Part shown: in pieces, positions 16,297 through 30,704 of the stretch
Layout: each line of letters opens with the position of its first letter
Position numbering within the stretch: position 1 is the stretch's first letter
From: Lama guanicoe
Lineage: Eukaryota
Direction of reading: 5' to 3'
Assembly (NCBI GenBank): GCA_013239625.1
Contig: MU053493.1
Coordinates: 939,793-1,003,792, forward strand
Length of the DNA stretch: 64,000 nt
Notes under the pieces: model-generated
Told to the model about the DNA's origin: nothing
Seen by the model: the letters and a program-made list of their open reading frames with translations, nothing else
The model's database searches: none
Position numbers and translations under genes: made by a program

Positions 16297-16823
16297 TGTA
16301 ACAGGGAAGAACAAATCCGACTCCACATTAGATCTGTTCCTTTGGCTCTAACCCTGCTCTCTGTTTCCTGGGCTTAGTCCTGCTGGTTCTGCACCTTCTG
16401 TAAAAGAATGTTGCCTTGAGCCTGAAATAGACAGGAAAGACCATTCCCAAGGCTCTGACTTTGCAGGGTGTTACTTTTTGATTCATATAGAGATAAAAAG
16501 TTGTAGAACAGAGAGTAACAATTGTCTTGTTGGAGGTTTACAGAAACATTGTGACCTGACCTACCTGGACAGCTGCAACAACAAAGGATTTTAACACCAA
16601 GAAGTTTGCAACAACCAACAGCAACCCCTCCCCTTTTTAACATAAAAATAGCCTGAATTCTGACTTGGGGAAGATTGTTCTCCAGGACATTAGTCTGCCA
16701 TCTTCTGAGTCTAATGTCTTTCTGAATAAAGTTGCTATTCCTTGTTCCAACACCTCGTCTCCTGATTTATTGGATTTACTGGCCCGTCATACGATAAGCA
16801 GAATAAGTTTGGACTCGGTAACA
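16297..16823 (+). mobile_element. Solo LTR, ERV1-like (MER41-type architecture)
   Basis: TGTAACA...GGTAACA termini, AATAAA near 16725, near-perfect 4-bp TSD GAGT/GAAT. Confidence 0.8.
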
Positions 16824-17926
16824 GAATCATACAGAGAAATTCTAGAGCTGAAAGAAACCACTCCAGCATGAAGGCAATCAGAGGTATTTTCAAGAATGTG
16901 AAGGTGTCAGCTTGTTTTCCATGTATATTTTCTTGGTCATGGACTTGAGGATCAGCTCCAGAAAAACAAAGGGTGAATACTAAGAAAGAAGAAATAAGCT
17001 TTCAAACTAAACCTAAAGGTCTAGAGAAGGGATTTTCCTGATGAGCTGTGCAGTGGATCTAGAAAAAGGGGTGGTTTCCAAATTACAGCAAGATATGGGT
17101 GGTGTCTGAAGAGAGTGATGAGGATTCAGACCAGTGAAGAGAATAACAACCACGAAAAACACCACGGATTTGATTAAGGACACATGGCTTTTTAAAAAAT
17201 CTTAAAAAAAAAAAAAAAAGCACTGGAAACTTCAGGGGAAAAAAAACTGTACAAGAAAGTCATGGCTTGAATATGAAACAAAAATGTGATGAAGCTTAAA
17301 GACAGAGGGCAGGGAGGGAGACTGAGACATCACAGATAGATAATCATCTGAGAGTGAAAAGGACAGAGCATCCCCTCACTTCCAAACACACTCAGGAGAG
17401 AGGATGAGGCAGGATGCAGTCTGGACCCGACTGTCTTAATGAGAATTAATGAGACATAATGAGACATAAACAGTGACTGGGCACCAAATAGCTAAGAACG
17501 TGGACCTTCACAAACTCACCCTGGATTTTACTGTGATTTTTAAATTACGATCTGTGGACCCCTGATACTCGGCAGAGATGCTTTGAGGTTCCTGCAAACA
17601 TATGATTACAATATTTTCTTTTCCTTGTGCTTCAAAATGCTAACAGCAGTTTCAAACATTCTCAAATGACTGCTCACAAAATTTTAACTCTTCAGACACT
17701 ATCAGTATATTAATTCATACGCTGGTATTTTGACCTGTTTAACAACTACTCTGGTGAAAGTGAAGCTAAAACTCCTCTTGCCATGACTATGCATGTATTT
17801 GAAACTCTTGGAAATGAGTCGCCCGGTGAGATTTCAGTTTTGCACTGCTCTTTTAAAAAATTCACGTTCGATCCTACAATCCCAGCACAGAATCTGCATC
17901 TGACTTGGCCCCGTTTCCATCTCTGT

Positions 17927-17928
<2 letters not shown>

Positions 17929-17961
<33 letters not shown>
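17929..17961. repeat. Perfect (CAG)11 / (CTG)11 trinucleotide repeat in intron 4
   Basis: Direct count of 11 uninterrupted units. Confidence 0.95.
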
Positions 17962-17963
<2 letters not shown>

Positions 17964-19879
17964 AGCACAGTGCAATGCTTGCATAGTTTTGCTTATTTTA
18001 AGCATGGGTGTCTTGTCTGATTTTTTCACTTATAATAAAGACTGTGAGCATCTGTTAGTCATTCGATTCTAAAAGAAAAAATTTTCTTACAGCTCTTTCT
18101 CCATGGACTTGGATCAATTTAATTTGAGAGACTCTTGAGATCACAAGGCAAATGGGTAAAAACAAGATAAAAATCTGTTACCATAGCAATGGCTTACCTG
18201 TGTGACCCAGTGGTTTCTGAAGATGTTTCAACCTAAAAGGACTGTTGCGATAAGAGGAAGTGGAGCACTGTCATCATTATCAAAATGTAAATCTTCATAT
18301 TCATTATGGAAGTTTCAGGGTTCTTTCCCATTGGCAAATTGACTTCATATGTAAATGATATAAAAGTAAACTCTGTTAGTAATTATGAGCCAATACCACG
18401 TCATCTGTTTTGACCATCAAGGTTGGAGATAAGGTTTGTTTGGAAAGGGGCTCTGTTGCTAAAAAGCTGAGTCTGAAAACAGGCAGGGAATGAAGTGCCT
18501 GAGAAATGTGAGTGACCAAAACCACTTCAAGGACCTGCCAGGTGACAACACCAGGCTGTTTACACGCAGCGATGTCCAGCGGGTCCCAGCTGACAGTGAC
18601 CTTGAGGATGCATAGTGACACAGCCTTGAGGCCAGCAGACACTGAGCACCTGGAGGCTGGGGTGGGTCACTCTTCTTTCTGCTCCAGTGTGCATCTGAGA
18701 CTTTCTGCATTAAACTGTTAGAAAACGGTTGAATGTATATATTTTTTCTTGACTTCTGGAAGATGGATAAGCCTTCAGAGCTCAAGGACATGGGCACGTG
18801 GCCCCTTCACTGCTCTCAAAAGCTTTTCTCTCTGGCTGCTTTGGTCCTTGTCCAGCTAGTGATGGATGAATGAGCTTGCACTTGGTGTGAGGAGAACTCT
18901 GGGTCCCCCACACCACCAATGGGGCAAAAGGGCAGCAGGAAAAGTGCCCATGCAGAGGAGGGCTATTTAACCCCAATATTAAAAGTGCAGGTCCAACATT
19001 GTGAGTTGGGTAGTCAGGAGTAGAGGACATCTGGATGGGCTCTAAGGATGGGAGAGTGCTCACAGGCGGAGAGGAAGGTGGGTGGATGCATCCCCAGCAG
19101 AGGATGTAGTTGGATAACACACCTGGAGGCAAACTGGACTGAGGGAGGCTTCGTGAAAGTGGGATTTGCCTGGATCCAGGGTGAGTGAGATACTGCCCCA
19201 AGCAATAAGTCCAAGATGGGGGCTGGAGAGCAAACCTCTGGTGGCTGTGTCTGCAGGATCCAATGACCCATCCTTATGGGATTGTGAACTGTGCTTTCAG
19301 ACTTCAGTAGTAGCACAAGCAGGAACAGCCCAAGGGGCACACGTGAACCCTGGGGGTCTGGGCTAAGATTACTTCCTGCTCCCCATCCCTGGGGTCTCAC
19401 AGAGTGCCTGCCCCTGCCCCTGGGAAGGGCTCCTGTCCCTGGGAGCACAGCCCTCCAATCCCAGCACACTGCAGCCCCTACTCAGCTGGCCCTGCAGCAC
19501 AGACCCCCCACTGCTGAGCAGGGAGGGGCTCGACCTTAAGCCAGGAAAGAGAAAGTGACCATGCCACCCACAGAAATGGAGTCACCTGACCCCAGAGCCC
19601 AGTCTTCAGCGCCCTGAGAGAAAACAGGGCCACTAGTTGTCAAGGAAGCACAGAAAGACCAACACCCAGCAGGACACCAGAATAAGACTCTGCATCCAGG
19701 TAATGCTGAAGGATGAGGGGAAGGATTCCAGGTGCACCGTGCTGCTGCCAAGAGCACACCAGGTGGGCTATGAGGTGAGGACTGTAATTAATACGGTTTC
19801 CTGCACCATCAGACCTGTTCCCTCTGAGCACACATTGTCCTCAAAAGACAGAGAGAGGGAAGAGAAGAAGAGACGAGAA

Positions 19880-20110
19880 TGATCTTAACTGTTCAACCAC
19901 GAGAAAGAAATAGTGATTATGTGTGTCAGCTAATGCTACAGCGGTAATCATATTGCAATACATACATGTATCAATACATTATACAGAATAAACTTATACA
20001 CTGTTTTATATATATCTATCTCATATACAGTGTTTTATATATATATTTATGTATATATATATATATATATATATATCAGTTATAGCTCAATAAAAATAAT
20101 AAAATTAAAT
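19880..20110 (+). mobile_element. LINE-1 3' tail with embedded (TA)n microsatellite
   Basis: ggtaatcatattgcaata...aacttatacactgtt...(TA)n...ctcaataaaaa. Confidence 0.7.
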
Positions 20111-20159
20111 TTAAATTATTGGAACAAAAAAAGTAAATGAAAAAGATTGAGGAAACCCA

Positions 20160-20306
20160 TCTACCTCAAAAGACAGTGGATCTAAGGTGTCATTTATTTT
20201 AAATTCTCTTAAGAAAGAAAAAAGAAGCTGCCAATTACATGTTAAGACACCACTGATGCCCAGATTTCAGGGGGGGAAAAGTCTGTAGAGAATAGATTAA
20301 TTTGGT
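20160..20306. mobile_element. Degraded DNA-transposon MITE (MER104-like)
   Basis: taagaaagaaaaaagaagctgccaatta...cagatttcag...aaaagt resembles the recalled MER104 core. Confidence 0.45.
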
Positions 20307-21699
20307 TTCAAAAGAAAGTAGTAAGTCCTTGCTCTGGACAGTTGGATTTAGTTTTGTATTTTCTTCTAAAGTGTTAAGGACAGGTTAAAATGACAGCAAT
20401 GTGGCTTGTCACAGACCATGACCAAAAAGTCTCCAGCAGAACTGAAATTTCATGGTCATCTCTACCATTAAGAAATCCCAGGAGGCAGACAGACATCTAG
20501 GCATCAGCAGGAGGTTTCTAGAAGAATCTATTCAAGATCCTTCCTTTATCCATCAATTTACATGTTAAATGGCATATAACATGGATGTGATTATAACAGT
20601 TAGATGTAACATTGGATGAATTATAACAATGTTATAAATAACATGGGATAATGTTATTATAGCATGTGTCAAGTTTCTGGGCTCCCAATTTTGTCCCCTG
20701 ATTAATAAGACTATTCCTGACCCAGTACATTGTCTTAATCACTATAACATAATGGAAATGTTGAAATGTTGGTATTTGGCAGGGCATGTCCCCAAATTTT
20801 GTCCTTTTGTTTAAAATTTATCTTACCTATCCTGGCTCTTTACTCATTGCTATAAGTTCTAGGATCTACATGTCCAGTCCCATGAAGATCCTGTTGAGAC
20901 TTAAGTTGGAATCACATTAAATTTACAGACTAGTTTGGGAAAATTTGACATTTTTATAACATGGAGTTTTCCCAGAAATAAATATATAACTCATTGTTTT
21001 GGTCTTAAAATTATTTATTGGTACTTTTGAACACCTGCAGATATTGGAAATAAAATTTGTTAAATTACATTTTCTAATTGTCTGTTGCAAAAGTAAAGAA
21101 ATATATCCAATATTTTCGTACTTGTTTTGTATCCAACATATTTTGTCTAGACAGTCTCTAAAGTTTTCTTTTTTAATGTGAAAAACTCATAAAGTCTGTG
21201 AATGATGGTAATTTATTCTTTTCTAATCCTTAATATTTTTTCTTTTACTTTTCTTATTATTTAAATTCATAACATTATTTAGATATTTTTAAAGAGAATA
21301 CAATGGGTTATTTTTATTTTGTTCCACATACAGACACTTGTAATGTTTCAGCATTAAATGAGCTATTGGTAAAGACCTTACATCAGGTTAGATGATTTTT
21401 CTTCTATTTCATAAATAGGTATTAAATGCTATCAATTGATTTTTCTCCAACTACCAAGATTATCGTATGATTTTTCTCCTTCATTCTGTTAATAAGATGA
21501 GTTATATGAATAAATTATTCCAAAGTTAAATAAAACTTGTATATTTATTAGAAAACTATGTTATGATTTTTTTAATTATTGCTGGATTTAGAGAGTTAAT
21601 ACTTCAATTAAGACTTAAATATGCATGCTCATAAGTGACACTGTGTGCTAGGTGGATCTTGCCTGCAAAACCCACTTTTTCAAATTTCTCTTTGGAAAC

Positions 21700-22835
21700 A
21701 TTATCAATTAAGAGAATGAAGAGGCAAGCTTAAGAATAGTAGGAAATCTTTGAGAGAAGACACATGTGATAAAGACTGCTATCCAAAATGTACAAATAAC
21801 CCTTAAGAATAAGAGAACAACCCAATGAAAAAAAATAAGCCAAAAACTTGGAATAGACATCTCAACAAAGAAGATATAGAGATGGCAAATAAGCACAGGA
21901 AAAGATGCTACACATCCTATGTCATCAGGGAACTGAAAATTAAAACCACCAGATACTGCTGCATACCTACCAGATGGCCAAAATCCACAACACAGACAAC
22001 ACCAAATGCTGGCAAGGATGTGGAGCAAAAGGAATTCTCATCCAACACTGATAAGAATGCAAAGTGGAACAGCCACTTTGAAAGACAGTTTGGCAGCTTC
22101 TTACAAAACTAAACATCCTCTTACCATACAATCCAGGAGTTTACCCAGAGGAATCACACGCCTTGGAGTTTACCCAGAGGAATTGAAAACTTATGCCCAG
22201 ACAAAAATATAGCAGCTTTATTCATAACTGCCAAAACTTGGAAGCAATCAAGATGTTCCTGAATTGGTGAATGAATAAACTGTGGTATATCTAGACAATG
22301 GAATGTTATCTAGTCCTAAAACAAGATGATCTATAAGGTCAGGAAAGACCTGGAGGAAACTTAAATGCATATTACTAAGTAGTGAAAAAAGCCAATGTGA
22401 GGGCTAAACACTGTGTGATTCCAACTGTATGACATTCTGGAACAGGCAAAACTATGGAGACAGTAAAGTTCTGTGGTTTCCAGGAGTTGGGGGAAGAAAG
22501 GAATGAAAAGATGGAGCACAGAGGATTTTCAGGACAGTGAAACTATTCTGTATACTACTATGATGATGGATACATCTTATTATACCTTTGTCTACACCCA
22601 CAGAATGTACAACATCAAGAGTGAATCCCAGCATAAACTATGGACTTTCAGTGATAACTATATATATTTGTCAATGCGGGCTCATCAGTTGTAATAAACA
22701 TACCACTCTGGTAGGGGTGTTCATAATGGGGGAGGCTGTGCACATGTAGGAGCTGGGGAGTGGGGGAAACTTCTGAACCCTCTCTACTATACTGTGAATC
22801 TAAAATTGCTCTAAAAATAAAGTATATTTTAAAAG
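21700..22835 (+). mobile_element. LINE-1 ORF2 end and 3'UTR (old subfamily)
   Basis: ORF 21825..22112 NRHLNKEDIEMANKHRKRC...VIRELKIKTTRY; ends ctaaaaataaagt. Confidence 0.85.
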
Positions 22836-25800
22836 ATACATTAATTCAATTCTGTTGTCTATTTTTTTTCTGCTTTGTCTAAAACCAGCTTGCATTTTCC
22901 TAGAAAAAAATAAATTCTGGCCACCTTTCCAAATTTGTTGGCATAAAGTTGTCCATAATGCCCTATTTTAAAAATGCCGTCTGTGGTTATAAACCTCTTT
23001 TATATTTAATAAACATCTGTTTTATCTTCTTTAATTTCTTGATAATTATTCCTTGAGTTGTGTTCATTTTACTAGTTCTTTTTAAAACCATCTTATTCCT
23101 TCTTGATTTCTACCTTCTTTTTCTCATTTAATTAATTTCTACACTTTTCTTTATTCTTCCTTCTGTTTACTTAATGTTATTTTTTCTAACTTCTTGGGGT
23201 TGGTAATTCACAAATTTTACTTCTAAAATCATGTCTAATGTAAGCATTTAAGGTTATGTATTTCTCCCTACATATAGACACACATGCACTCACACACTTA
23301 CAGTTTTTTTTTTAATTCACATTTGGATACTTAGTTCTCCAAGTATGTATTTTTTCAATAGAACAAGGATACCTCTTTATCTGTGTCTATTCGTATCTGT
23401 ATCTCTACCTTAATAAGGCTTCTTAACCATGTAGTTCTATATTCTTACACATTTTTCCCTTCTTGAACTATCAATTATTTTAAAAAAAATTATAATCTAC
23501 CATAATTATGGATTTATCCACCAACTGTTCTTCATTTGTTTCAAAGCTATTTTATTAGGTGCATGTATGTGAAATTTGTTACATATGCTCAGAAATTGTT
23601 TATTTTTCCATCTCACTTTGTTTTTACACCTGCAAGTTCATCATCATTATTATGTGTTCAAAACTGCTTATATTTACCTGAATTTTTACCAATTGCTTTG
23701 CTCACCACTCCTTCCTCTACCTTGTTCCTAAATGTATGTTCTGGTAGTTTCTTTAATACTTATATTTCTGGCAGTTTCATTATGCCAGTTTACTCTGCAT
23801 GGTACCTTCTTTACTCTTTCTTTTCCTGAAAATGTCCTGATCTGCCCCTCCTATAAAAAGAAGGATTTAGCCAGGACAGAACTATAGGTTGACAATTATT
23901 TGCTCTCAAACTTTAAAGATACTCATATTTTCTGGATTGTACTACTGTTCTAAAAGGCCTGTGGCCAGTCTGACACACCTTAGGAGCAGACTATCTTTTT
24001 TTTCTTTCACTGTTTCCAGCATCTCCTTAGCTTTGGGCACTCTACAGCTTTTAGCACAGATGTCTAGGGGCACATTTCTTATTATTAATCTTTCCTCAGA
24101 CTCCTGATATCTCCTGAATCTGAGCATTTAGGTTTTTCATCAATGTTATTAAATTCTCAGCCATTCTTTTGGAACATGGCTTCTGTAGGAAAAAAGTCAT
24201 ATTTCACCAGAAAACTGCATCGTCTACAGGCACACAGCTCTGAACTGGCCACTTGAGGTTTCTTACCACGTCTGAGCTATTTGGAAGCTCTCTGTAAGCT
24301 GTAGGCAGCTGATAGACGTAAAAATTATGTGTGGTGTAGGAGTGATTTAACCGGTAATGATTTGACTTCCCTCGCCCCATAAACACGTTTTCTGTCTGCT
24401 TACAATTCATCTCGACATCCCTTTATTTCATACGCATTTGTCCTGGTTTGACTTTTCCTTTAACTGACTGTAACGTCTGCCTGGTTCTCTCATGTCATGT
24501 GAGTTAAAATACATTCTTTAATGTGTGCTCATTTTTTATATCTGTGCATGAGACACGATTTCATCTTTCTTCTGAAAATCATCTCTTAATACCTCTCCCA
24601 CATCCTTTCTCTCATTTCCTTGTCTGAGACCAGCTGTTGTGTCGGGGGCACCTATGTTTGATAGGAACTCATTTTCCATGTCTCACAGGGTTAAGAGTGG
24701 GGTCTCTCCTGGGTGGGATTCATTGTCCATCTCTGCTTTCTGTGTGACCTCAGACACACTGTGCTATTATTGTGACAATTCCTATATTCAACTTATTTGC
24801 AAAATAGGAATAACAACAGTACCCTTCTCGAAAAAGCTGTACATAAATGTGAACTGTTTTGATCAGGACCTGGTACACAGAGCACCTGAGAAGTCTGAGA
24901 TGTTCCTGCAACTGTTCACTGTTCTTTCACATTTTCCACCTATTTAGCTGCCTAGGATTCACCCAGGGAATCACCTCTACTCTTTCGACTGTATCTCCTC
25001 TGACTCCTCCAATGCTTCTACTAAGTTTTAATTTTGATGGCTATGTTCCTCATCTCTATTCACTTTACTTGACTTTTTTTGTTTGATTGAAGCTGCTTTT
25101 TAAAGGGCATTTTGCTCTCTTCTTGCGTTTTCAATTCTTAATTGTGTTTAACTATTTTAAATGATTTATTTGCTTCTATTATCTAAAGTTTAGATCCAGA
25201 TCTGTTGTTTGTGGTGTTTGCTGATATTTGTTCCAAGTGAGATGCTGTTTCTTTATACGTTCTTTGTAATTTTAATTTTCACCTCATCTTCAGCAGGGTT
25301 TCTGTGTTTGTGTGTGCTTGTTTTTACTTGAGCTCCAACTTGCTGTATTTATGCCTTCATCCCTGACGGTCTCTGTGTGTAATGTTTTCTGTAAACTCTA
25401 ATAAAAGGAGACAAAGAGGCAGCAACAGTGTTGGTGGAAGAAGGGGAGGGGGAGGAGGGGGGGAGAGCAGACCCCTGTGTCTCCCCTCAGCTTTCCAGCC
25501 CCCACTCCTGGGCACTGACCACCACAGCAGACGGTGCTGTTTGCCAGGTTGCAAAAACTCAAACACTGACTGGCCACCCACGGAGCTCCAGCAGGGCACA
25601 TCGAGGCTTCCAGATGCTACCCACTGGAATGAGTCTTGTCTCTGAGCCTCTGGTTGTGACCCTGAGCATACCCTCACACAGCCTAAAACAGGCAAGCTTT
25701 ATGTTCATCCTCCCACCCCGAGAAGAAGATGCTACTCTAGTCTCCCTTCTCAGAGAATGCGGCGTTCCCACAGGCCACCAGCCTGGTCTGGGTGAGAGGG

Positions 25801-25967
25801 CGGGGCACATTCTGCCTCCTGCCTCTGTGGGTGAGTGATTTTGTGACTCAGGACTGTTCCTAGAGCTCCCAGGGCTCCATGGTGGGGAGAGCGCTGGCCT
25901 CTATCCCTCTAACACAGACCGGGCAGCCCACTTAAGGGATGTGAATAAGTGCATGAAGTGAAAGCAA

Positions 25968-26177
25968 ATGAGATTTGCAGATACTAACTACTATATACAA
26001 AATAGAAAACCAACAAGTTAATATTGCATAGCAGAGGGAACTATATTCAATATCTTTTAGTAACCTAAAATGAGAAAGAACATGAAAACAAATATATGTA
26101 TGTACGACTGAAACATTATGCTGTACACTGGAAACTGACACAACATTGTAAAGTGACTATATGTCAGTTTAAAAAAA
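25968..26177 (+). mobile_element. Short LINE-1 3' end
   Basis: gagatttgcagatactaactactatata...gctgtacactggaaactgacacaacattgtaaagtgactat + A tail. Confidence 0.85.
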
Positions 26178-27061
26178 TGAATTATCCATTTCTAAGCCAT
26201 GTAACTTGTGACGCCCCTTCTGTCCAGAACTATGAAAAAAAGGGGGCAAAAGGAGGTTAACCACCCCCACCGACAGAAGAAGGGGGAGCCTTCTGCCACT
26301 GGTGTTATTATTGCACCAAGACTGACTCATGTGGGAATTCACACATGAGTGACTTTGACAAGAAAACACAAAGGGGAAACTGCCCAAGGTGTGCTCTGCC
26401 CACCGGTGCCCCAGTGACCTCTGATTTAGCATGAAGGCCACCTTGGGAACCTCTTACATAGATGGGGGGCTCAAAGTCTAAGCCTGAGGTTTCCCAGTCA
26501 CTTGCTGAAAAGTGACCAGACTAGTCTTTTTTTAAGGGAGCTTTCCCCTTTAGACAGAAGACAGTAAAGAAATTGATCAACATTAATCTGAATAAACATG
26601 ATATCTAAATAAAATAAGCATATGCTTTCCAAAAATACCACTTGCTATGGCAATATAAATAAAACCTAAAAATTATAAAACGAAAATATTGTTTTTTATC
26701 TTCAGGAAGTTAATCCAAAGATTTCCTGCCTAAAATTATACTAAGGATTTCAACCAAAAAAAAAACCAGAAAGGTTAACAATGAATTATAAAAATTAAAC
26801 TTGGTTTAGCTTTAATAGAATGTATCACAAAGGACCTAATTTTCTTTATGAGTAAATCAAGCTGGTATAACGTGTCTGGAAAGAAATTTCACAAAATGTG
26901 ATAAGAGGATTTAAGAACCTTAAAGATTTCATGTTTTGCCTGGGGAAATATATGGTTAAAATAATTATAGGCACAAATACATTTATTACCATTTTTGATA
27001 GAATAAAAATTAGAGCTCACACTTTCCATTATGGCTAGAATAGACGTGCTTTTTAAATTAT

Positions 27062-27626
27062 TTGCATGGACTGAACTGTGTCCCCACAAAATCCGTATGT
27101 TGAAGGCCTAACCTCCCCCTATCAACGTGACTATATTTGAAAATAGGGCCTTTAAGGAGGTAATTAAGGTTAAGTGTAATCACAAGGTTGAGGCTTAATC
27201 CCATAGGACTGGTAGCTTTATAAGAATAGGAAGAAATTCGTATTCATAGTCTCTCTTTCTCTCTCTGCCATATGAGGGCACAGTGAGAAGGCAGCATCTA
27301 CAAGCCAGGAAGAGAGCTCTCACCAGAAACTGAGCTGGCTGGCTCCTTGCTCTTGGGCCTCCAGCCTCCAGAAATGGGAGAAATAAAAGTCTCAATTTTT
27401 ACGTATCCATTAAAGTCACTTTAAGAGCTTCTTGGAAACAACACAGTATATAAATAAATAAGAAATAAAATAAAATGGCTAGGGGATTCTACCCCAAATA
27501 AATATTTACTTGGCGAAAAAAACAAAAAGAAATACAAACAAACAAAAAAGCCCAGTGTATGGTATTTTGTTGAGGCAGCTGAAGTTGAATAATACACGAT
27601 TACCTCCATTCACTGTGACTAAGACA
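27062..27626 (+). mobile_element. MaLR LTR (MLT1-like), interrupted by an A-rich insert
   Basis: gactgaactgtgtcccc...ccagcctccagaa...gagaaataaa (to about 27393); resumes cccagtgtatggtattttgtt...actaagaCA. Confidence 0.7.
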
Positions 27627-27994
27627 GAATATATAAAGAAACATAAGGAAATGGTGAAGATGCAGAGAAAAGGCAGAAGGACTGTCACGAGGTCCCTGGG
27701 TTTTCCATTTGTCTCTTATGTTCCAAACTGAGTACTGGAGAAGCATCAACAGGTGCAGACAAAACACCACCAACAACAACAAACGTCCTGAGCAAAGCCT
27801 GCCCCACCCAGCAAATGACCAGGAAAGGGCAGCCAGAAAGAGAAAACTTTTAAGTAACAGTCCCACCTCAGCTAAACACCAAAGGAAAAAACCATGCTCT
27901 ACCACCAACATCATCAGCAGAGACCAAGTAAGGACTCCAGACTGACAACCAAATCACAGAGACCAAAAAACATTATCAACAAAAGCAAATACTG

Positions 27995-28540
27995 CTCACA
28001 ACAGCAAGACATGGAAGCAACCTAAATGTCCATCGACAGATGACTGGATAAAGAAGTTGTGGTACACACATACACACACACACAAAGGAATATTACTCAG
28101 TCAGAAAATGAAAGAATGCCATTTGCAGCAACATGGATAGAACTGGAGATTGTTATACTAAGTGAAGTAAGTCAGACAGAGGAAGACAAATATCATATGA
28201 TATCACTTATATGTGAAATCTAAAAAAATGGCACAAATGAACTTATTTACAAAACAGAAACAGACTCACAGGCATAGAGAACACACTATGGTTACCAATG
28301 AGGACAGGGAGGAGGGAGGGATAAACTGTGAGTTTTGGATTAGCAGATAACAAACTACTATATATAAAATAGATAAACAAGATTCTACTGCATAGCACAG
28401 GAAGCTATATTCAATACCTCATAATAGCATATAATGAAAAAGAATATGAAAAACAATATATACGTGTGTAACCGAACCACTATGCTGTACACCAGAAACT
28501 AGCGCAACATTGTAAATCAAGTATATTTCAATAAAAAAGC
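27995..28540 (+). mobile_element. LINE-1 3' end inserted into older L1 sequence
   Basis: agacatggaagcaacctaaatgtccatcgacagatg...ttcaataaaaaa. Confidence 0.85.
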
Positions 28541-28544
28541 AAGG

Positions 28545-30700
28545 ATGACTATATTATCAGAAGAAGTAGACTTTAGAGGAGAGAGAATGACAAAGGACAG
28601 ATATAAATGTATATCTGATAAAGGCTCAATCTACCAAGAAGACATAGCAATCATGCATTCTTTCCCAAACATACAAGCTGCAAAATATGTGAACCAAAAA
28701 CAGCAGGAAGTAAGAAAAAAGAAATAGACAAACCCACAGTCTTCAGCACGTCTACCTCAGACCTGATGAGAGGACAACTAGACAGAAAACCAGGAAAGTC
28801 ATAGAACTGAACACATCGTCAACCAGCAGGACCTAACTGACAGAAAACGCTTTCACCAACAACAGCAAAATCACATTCTTTTCAAGTCCCCATGGAATAT
28901 ATTCTAAGACAGACCACCCCCTGTGCCATAAAAACCTCAACAAATGTAAAAGAATTTAAACCATGTGGAATGTGATGTGTGTCCTCAACGGAATCAAGAA
29001 CAAGGAACAGGGAGATAAATTTCCAAACACCCGGAATCTAAACACCAAATTTCTGAATAATCTATGAGCCAAAGAGAAAGCCTACAGGGAACTCAAAACA
29101 CAAATCGAACTGAAGAAAGCTAAAACAGAACATACCCAAATTTGTAAGATGCGGGTAAAGTGCTGACAGGTTAGTAAATGCTGACATCAGAAAAAAGTCT
29201 CAAGTCTATTTAAATCTATGCTAACTCCTCAAGTAACTAGAAAAGAGAAGAGAAAAGTAAATTCATGGCAAGTAGAAGGAAATAATAAACACAGGAGAAA
29301 AAAATCAAGGAAACAATAAATACAGGAGGAAAATCATTGAAAATGAGAAAAGAAAAACAATAGGGAAAATCAGGAAAATAAAACTCTGCTTCTTCAAAAT
29401 TTGTAGATCCTGACAGGCATATGCAGAATAGATAAACAAGATTATACTGTGTAGCACAGGGAAATATATATAAGATCTTGTGGTAGCTCACAGTGAAAAA
29501 AAGTGACAGTGAATACATGTATGTTCATGTATAATTGAAAAACAGTGCTCTACACTAGAATTTGACACAACATTGTAAAATGACTATAACTCAATAAACA
29601 ATGTTTAAAAAAAAACTCTGCTTTTTTGAAAAGATCAATTACATTGACAAGCCACTATCAGGGCTGAATCTGAGTGTATCTCTACAAGCCCTGTACACAA
29701 TCAAAAGAATGATAAACGAATGCCACAAACAACTCTTCACATATGAATTTGACAGCTTAGATGAAATACAAAATTCCTTGGAAAGTACAAACTACTAAAA
29801 CTTAAATAAGAGTCAATAAAGAAGCTGAATAGCTATAAAATTTTTAACAAATTGAATGAATAATTTGAAAATTCTTAAAAAGAATTCTCTATATTCTGAC
29901 AATTTCACTAGAAAATGCTACCAATTAAAGGACTAATGCCAATCCCTACCTCTCAAAGCAAAGGGTAAGAGAATAGCTATCAACTTATTTTAAGAAGTTA
30001 ATATTATTCTGAAACCAAAACCACAAAGATGATACTAAAAAAAGAATGAGAAAAAAATAGCAACTTAGAGACAACATTGCCTCAGAAACAGACACAAAAA
30101 TCCTTCGCAAGATGTTAGCAAACACGATTCAGCAGCAGATATAAAGAATTACACACAATAACCAAGTGGGTTTATTCCATGGGTGCAAGGCTGGTTGAGC
30201 ATTCAATATTGATGAGTGGAATCAACCAAATTAAAAAGTTAAAGAATAAAAAGCACATACTTATATCAACTGATGCAGAAAAAAAAAAAAGACTGGTAAT
30301 ATTCAACACTCATCCAGAATAGAAACTGTCAGAAAACTGGAGTAGAGAGGAACTTTCTCAGCCTGATAAAGAACATTTACCAAAAACCTTTAACTGGTAT
30401 CCTACACAGCGGTGAAAAGGCTGAGTGCCTTCCCACCAAGATCAGGAGCAAGGCAAAGGCATCTGCTTTCAATGCTCTAATCCAACACAGCACTGGAAGT
30501 CTTCACCAGGGGAGTAAAGGAAAGAGAGACACAGAGACCAGAAAGAAGACTGTCTTATTTACAGTTGATGTAATGATAGATGTCATTTACATGACTATGT
30601 AGAAAACCCCAAGAAATCTCTAACACCCTCCACAGCAACTCCCAAAACTAATACAGGAGTTCAGCAAAGTCAGAGGATACGAGATTAACATTTAAAAAAA
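28545..30700 (+). mobile_element. Degraded LINE-1 ORF2 (endonuclease to RT region)
   Basis: Remnants such as ILSEEVDFR, KGSIYQEDI, caagtgggtttattccatgggtgcaaggctggtt, tatcaactgatgcagaaaa; many stops and indels. Confidence 0.8.
29396..29611 (+). mobile_element. Young short LINE-1 3' end nested in older L1
   Basis: TSD AAAACTCTGCTT on both sides; matches the reverse complement of part of 11330-11932. Confidence 0.88.
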
Positions 30701-30704
30701 TTTG

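Noticed and set aside
22136..22183. Direct repeat GGAGTTTACCCAGAGGAAT x2, superficially repeat-spacer-like
   Set aside because: Only two copies, inside an L1 in a mammalian genome; a small slippage duplication, not CRISPR.
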